A stretch of 64,000 nt of DNA from the NCBI GenBank assembly GCA_964486045.1, contig CAZALK010000020.1, positions 1 through 64,000 on the forward strand. Reading direction: 5' to 3'. The stretch is from an uncultured archaeon. Its GTDB lineage: Archaea; Asgardarchaeota; Lokiarchaeia; Sigyniarchaeales; SOKP01. Made by a program: the position numbers and the translations under genes. Shown one piece after another: positions 63,216 to 64,000 of the stretch. A model generated the notes under the pieces. It saw only the letters and a program-made list of their open reading frames with translations, ran no database searches and was not told the DNA's origin. Numbering within the stretch: the stretch's first letter is position 1; each line of letters opens with the position of its first letter.

Positions 63216-63435
63216 CCAATTTTTCCTCTCTGTCTTTCAAATGTTTAAAATGGTAATGAAATCTGTCTATAATTACATAATTTAAAATTAGTAATAATGG
63301 AATCATTACAAACCCAAGATTATAAGAACTCTCTGAAGTTAATAAAGGAATAGAATACCCAATTATAAATGCAAACAATAAGTTAATAGATAATAATAGC
63401 CAAATTAATACTTTCTTCTTAATTATTTGTTCCAT
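63202..63435 (-). CDS. Small 2-TM protein overlapping the archaeosortase start
   Basis: Two hydrophobic helices; overlap suggests translational coupling. Confidence 0.65.
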   Translation of the reverse strand: MEQIIKKKVLIWLLLSINLLFAFIIGYSIPLLTSESSYNLGFVMIPLLLILNYVIIDRFHYHFKHLKDREEKLDAEV

Positions 63436-63671
63436 GGTTTACAAAACATAAATTTATGATATAAAAACAAATTAATCATGATAAAAAATCTTTATTAAAG
63501 GTTAAATAAACTGATATTTAATTTTATTTCTAATCTCTTTTAGTCAATTTATTTAAAAGCTATTAGAAGCGCTTTTTAGGTTTGTTTTAGCCAAAAAATT
63601 AAAATTAAATAATATGATAACTTAATATCTAATAGAAATTTCAGAATAAAAGGAGTTTGTGGAGTCCAACA

Positions 63672-64000
63672 ATGGTTCTTGAAGTGAAACCACCACCAAA
63701 AGAAAAAAATAGTCTAACATATACTCTCCAAAATTTCGTTGCTAAGTCAATTTTGCCTATAGAAAAAGACTTAGACTTACCCTTATTGGCTACCAAATTA
63801 AACAATTCAAAATATGACAAAAACAGCTTTCCTGGACTTTTTGTAAGGTTTAAACACCCAAAGTGTGTGATTATAATTTTTAGGAATGGAAAACTAATCC
63901 TAACAGGTTTAAAATCAGCTTCTAATATAGATTTAGTCTTAAAAGAGTTAATTCTTAAATTAGAGAAAATTGAAACAATAGAGACATTGAAAGACCAAAT
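63672..64000 (+). CDS. TATA-binding protein-like (divergent), cut by the window end
   Basis: MVLEVKPP...QNFVAK...LDL...YDKNSFPGLFVRFKHPKCVIIIFRNGKLILTGLKS matches the TBP repeat pattern. Confidence 0.85.
   Translation, partial: MVLEVKPPPKEKNSLTYTLQNFVAKSILPIEKDLDLPLLATKLNNSKYDKNSFPGLFVRFKHPKCVIIIFRNGKLILTGLKSASNIDLVLKELILKLEKIETIETLKDQ

Overview
AT-rich archaeal chromosomal segment. Gene content points to Asgard archaea, most likely Lokiarchaeia: Rag/Arf-like GTPases with roadblock/longin domains, an archaeosortase, FwdA, MtrH, Hyp proteins, CooC and a divergent TBP. Most genes are housekeeping or anaerobic-metabolism genes (purF, hisHF, hypCDEF, ADP-forming acetate-CoA ligase, thrC, hom). 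I saw no rRNA, tRNA, CRISPR array or transposase. Main observation: fwdA is interrupted by a 30-nt insertion (4147-4176, minus strand) carrying an in-frame TAA. The insertion folds into a canonical bulge-helix-bulge (BHB) splice motif on a long exon-exon stem, and cutting at the standard positions restores ...TADGPW-EFALHHL... . This looks like a tRNA-type intron in an Asgard protein-coding mRNA, and it lies tail-to-tail with a very large protein ending in a double-motif LAGLIDADG domain. Second: two paralogous longin-GTPase-roadblock fusions, one with a folliculin/SMCR8-like 'D-x-x-A-R-G' arginine-finger motif and one without. Also present: several genes that need ATA/ATT/CTG starts, a structured leader before an unannotated small ORF, an NrdD-like pseudoenzyme, two genes split by a single in-frame TAG, and several gene remnants. 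All family assignments come from motif recognition by eye; no database searches were run.
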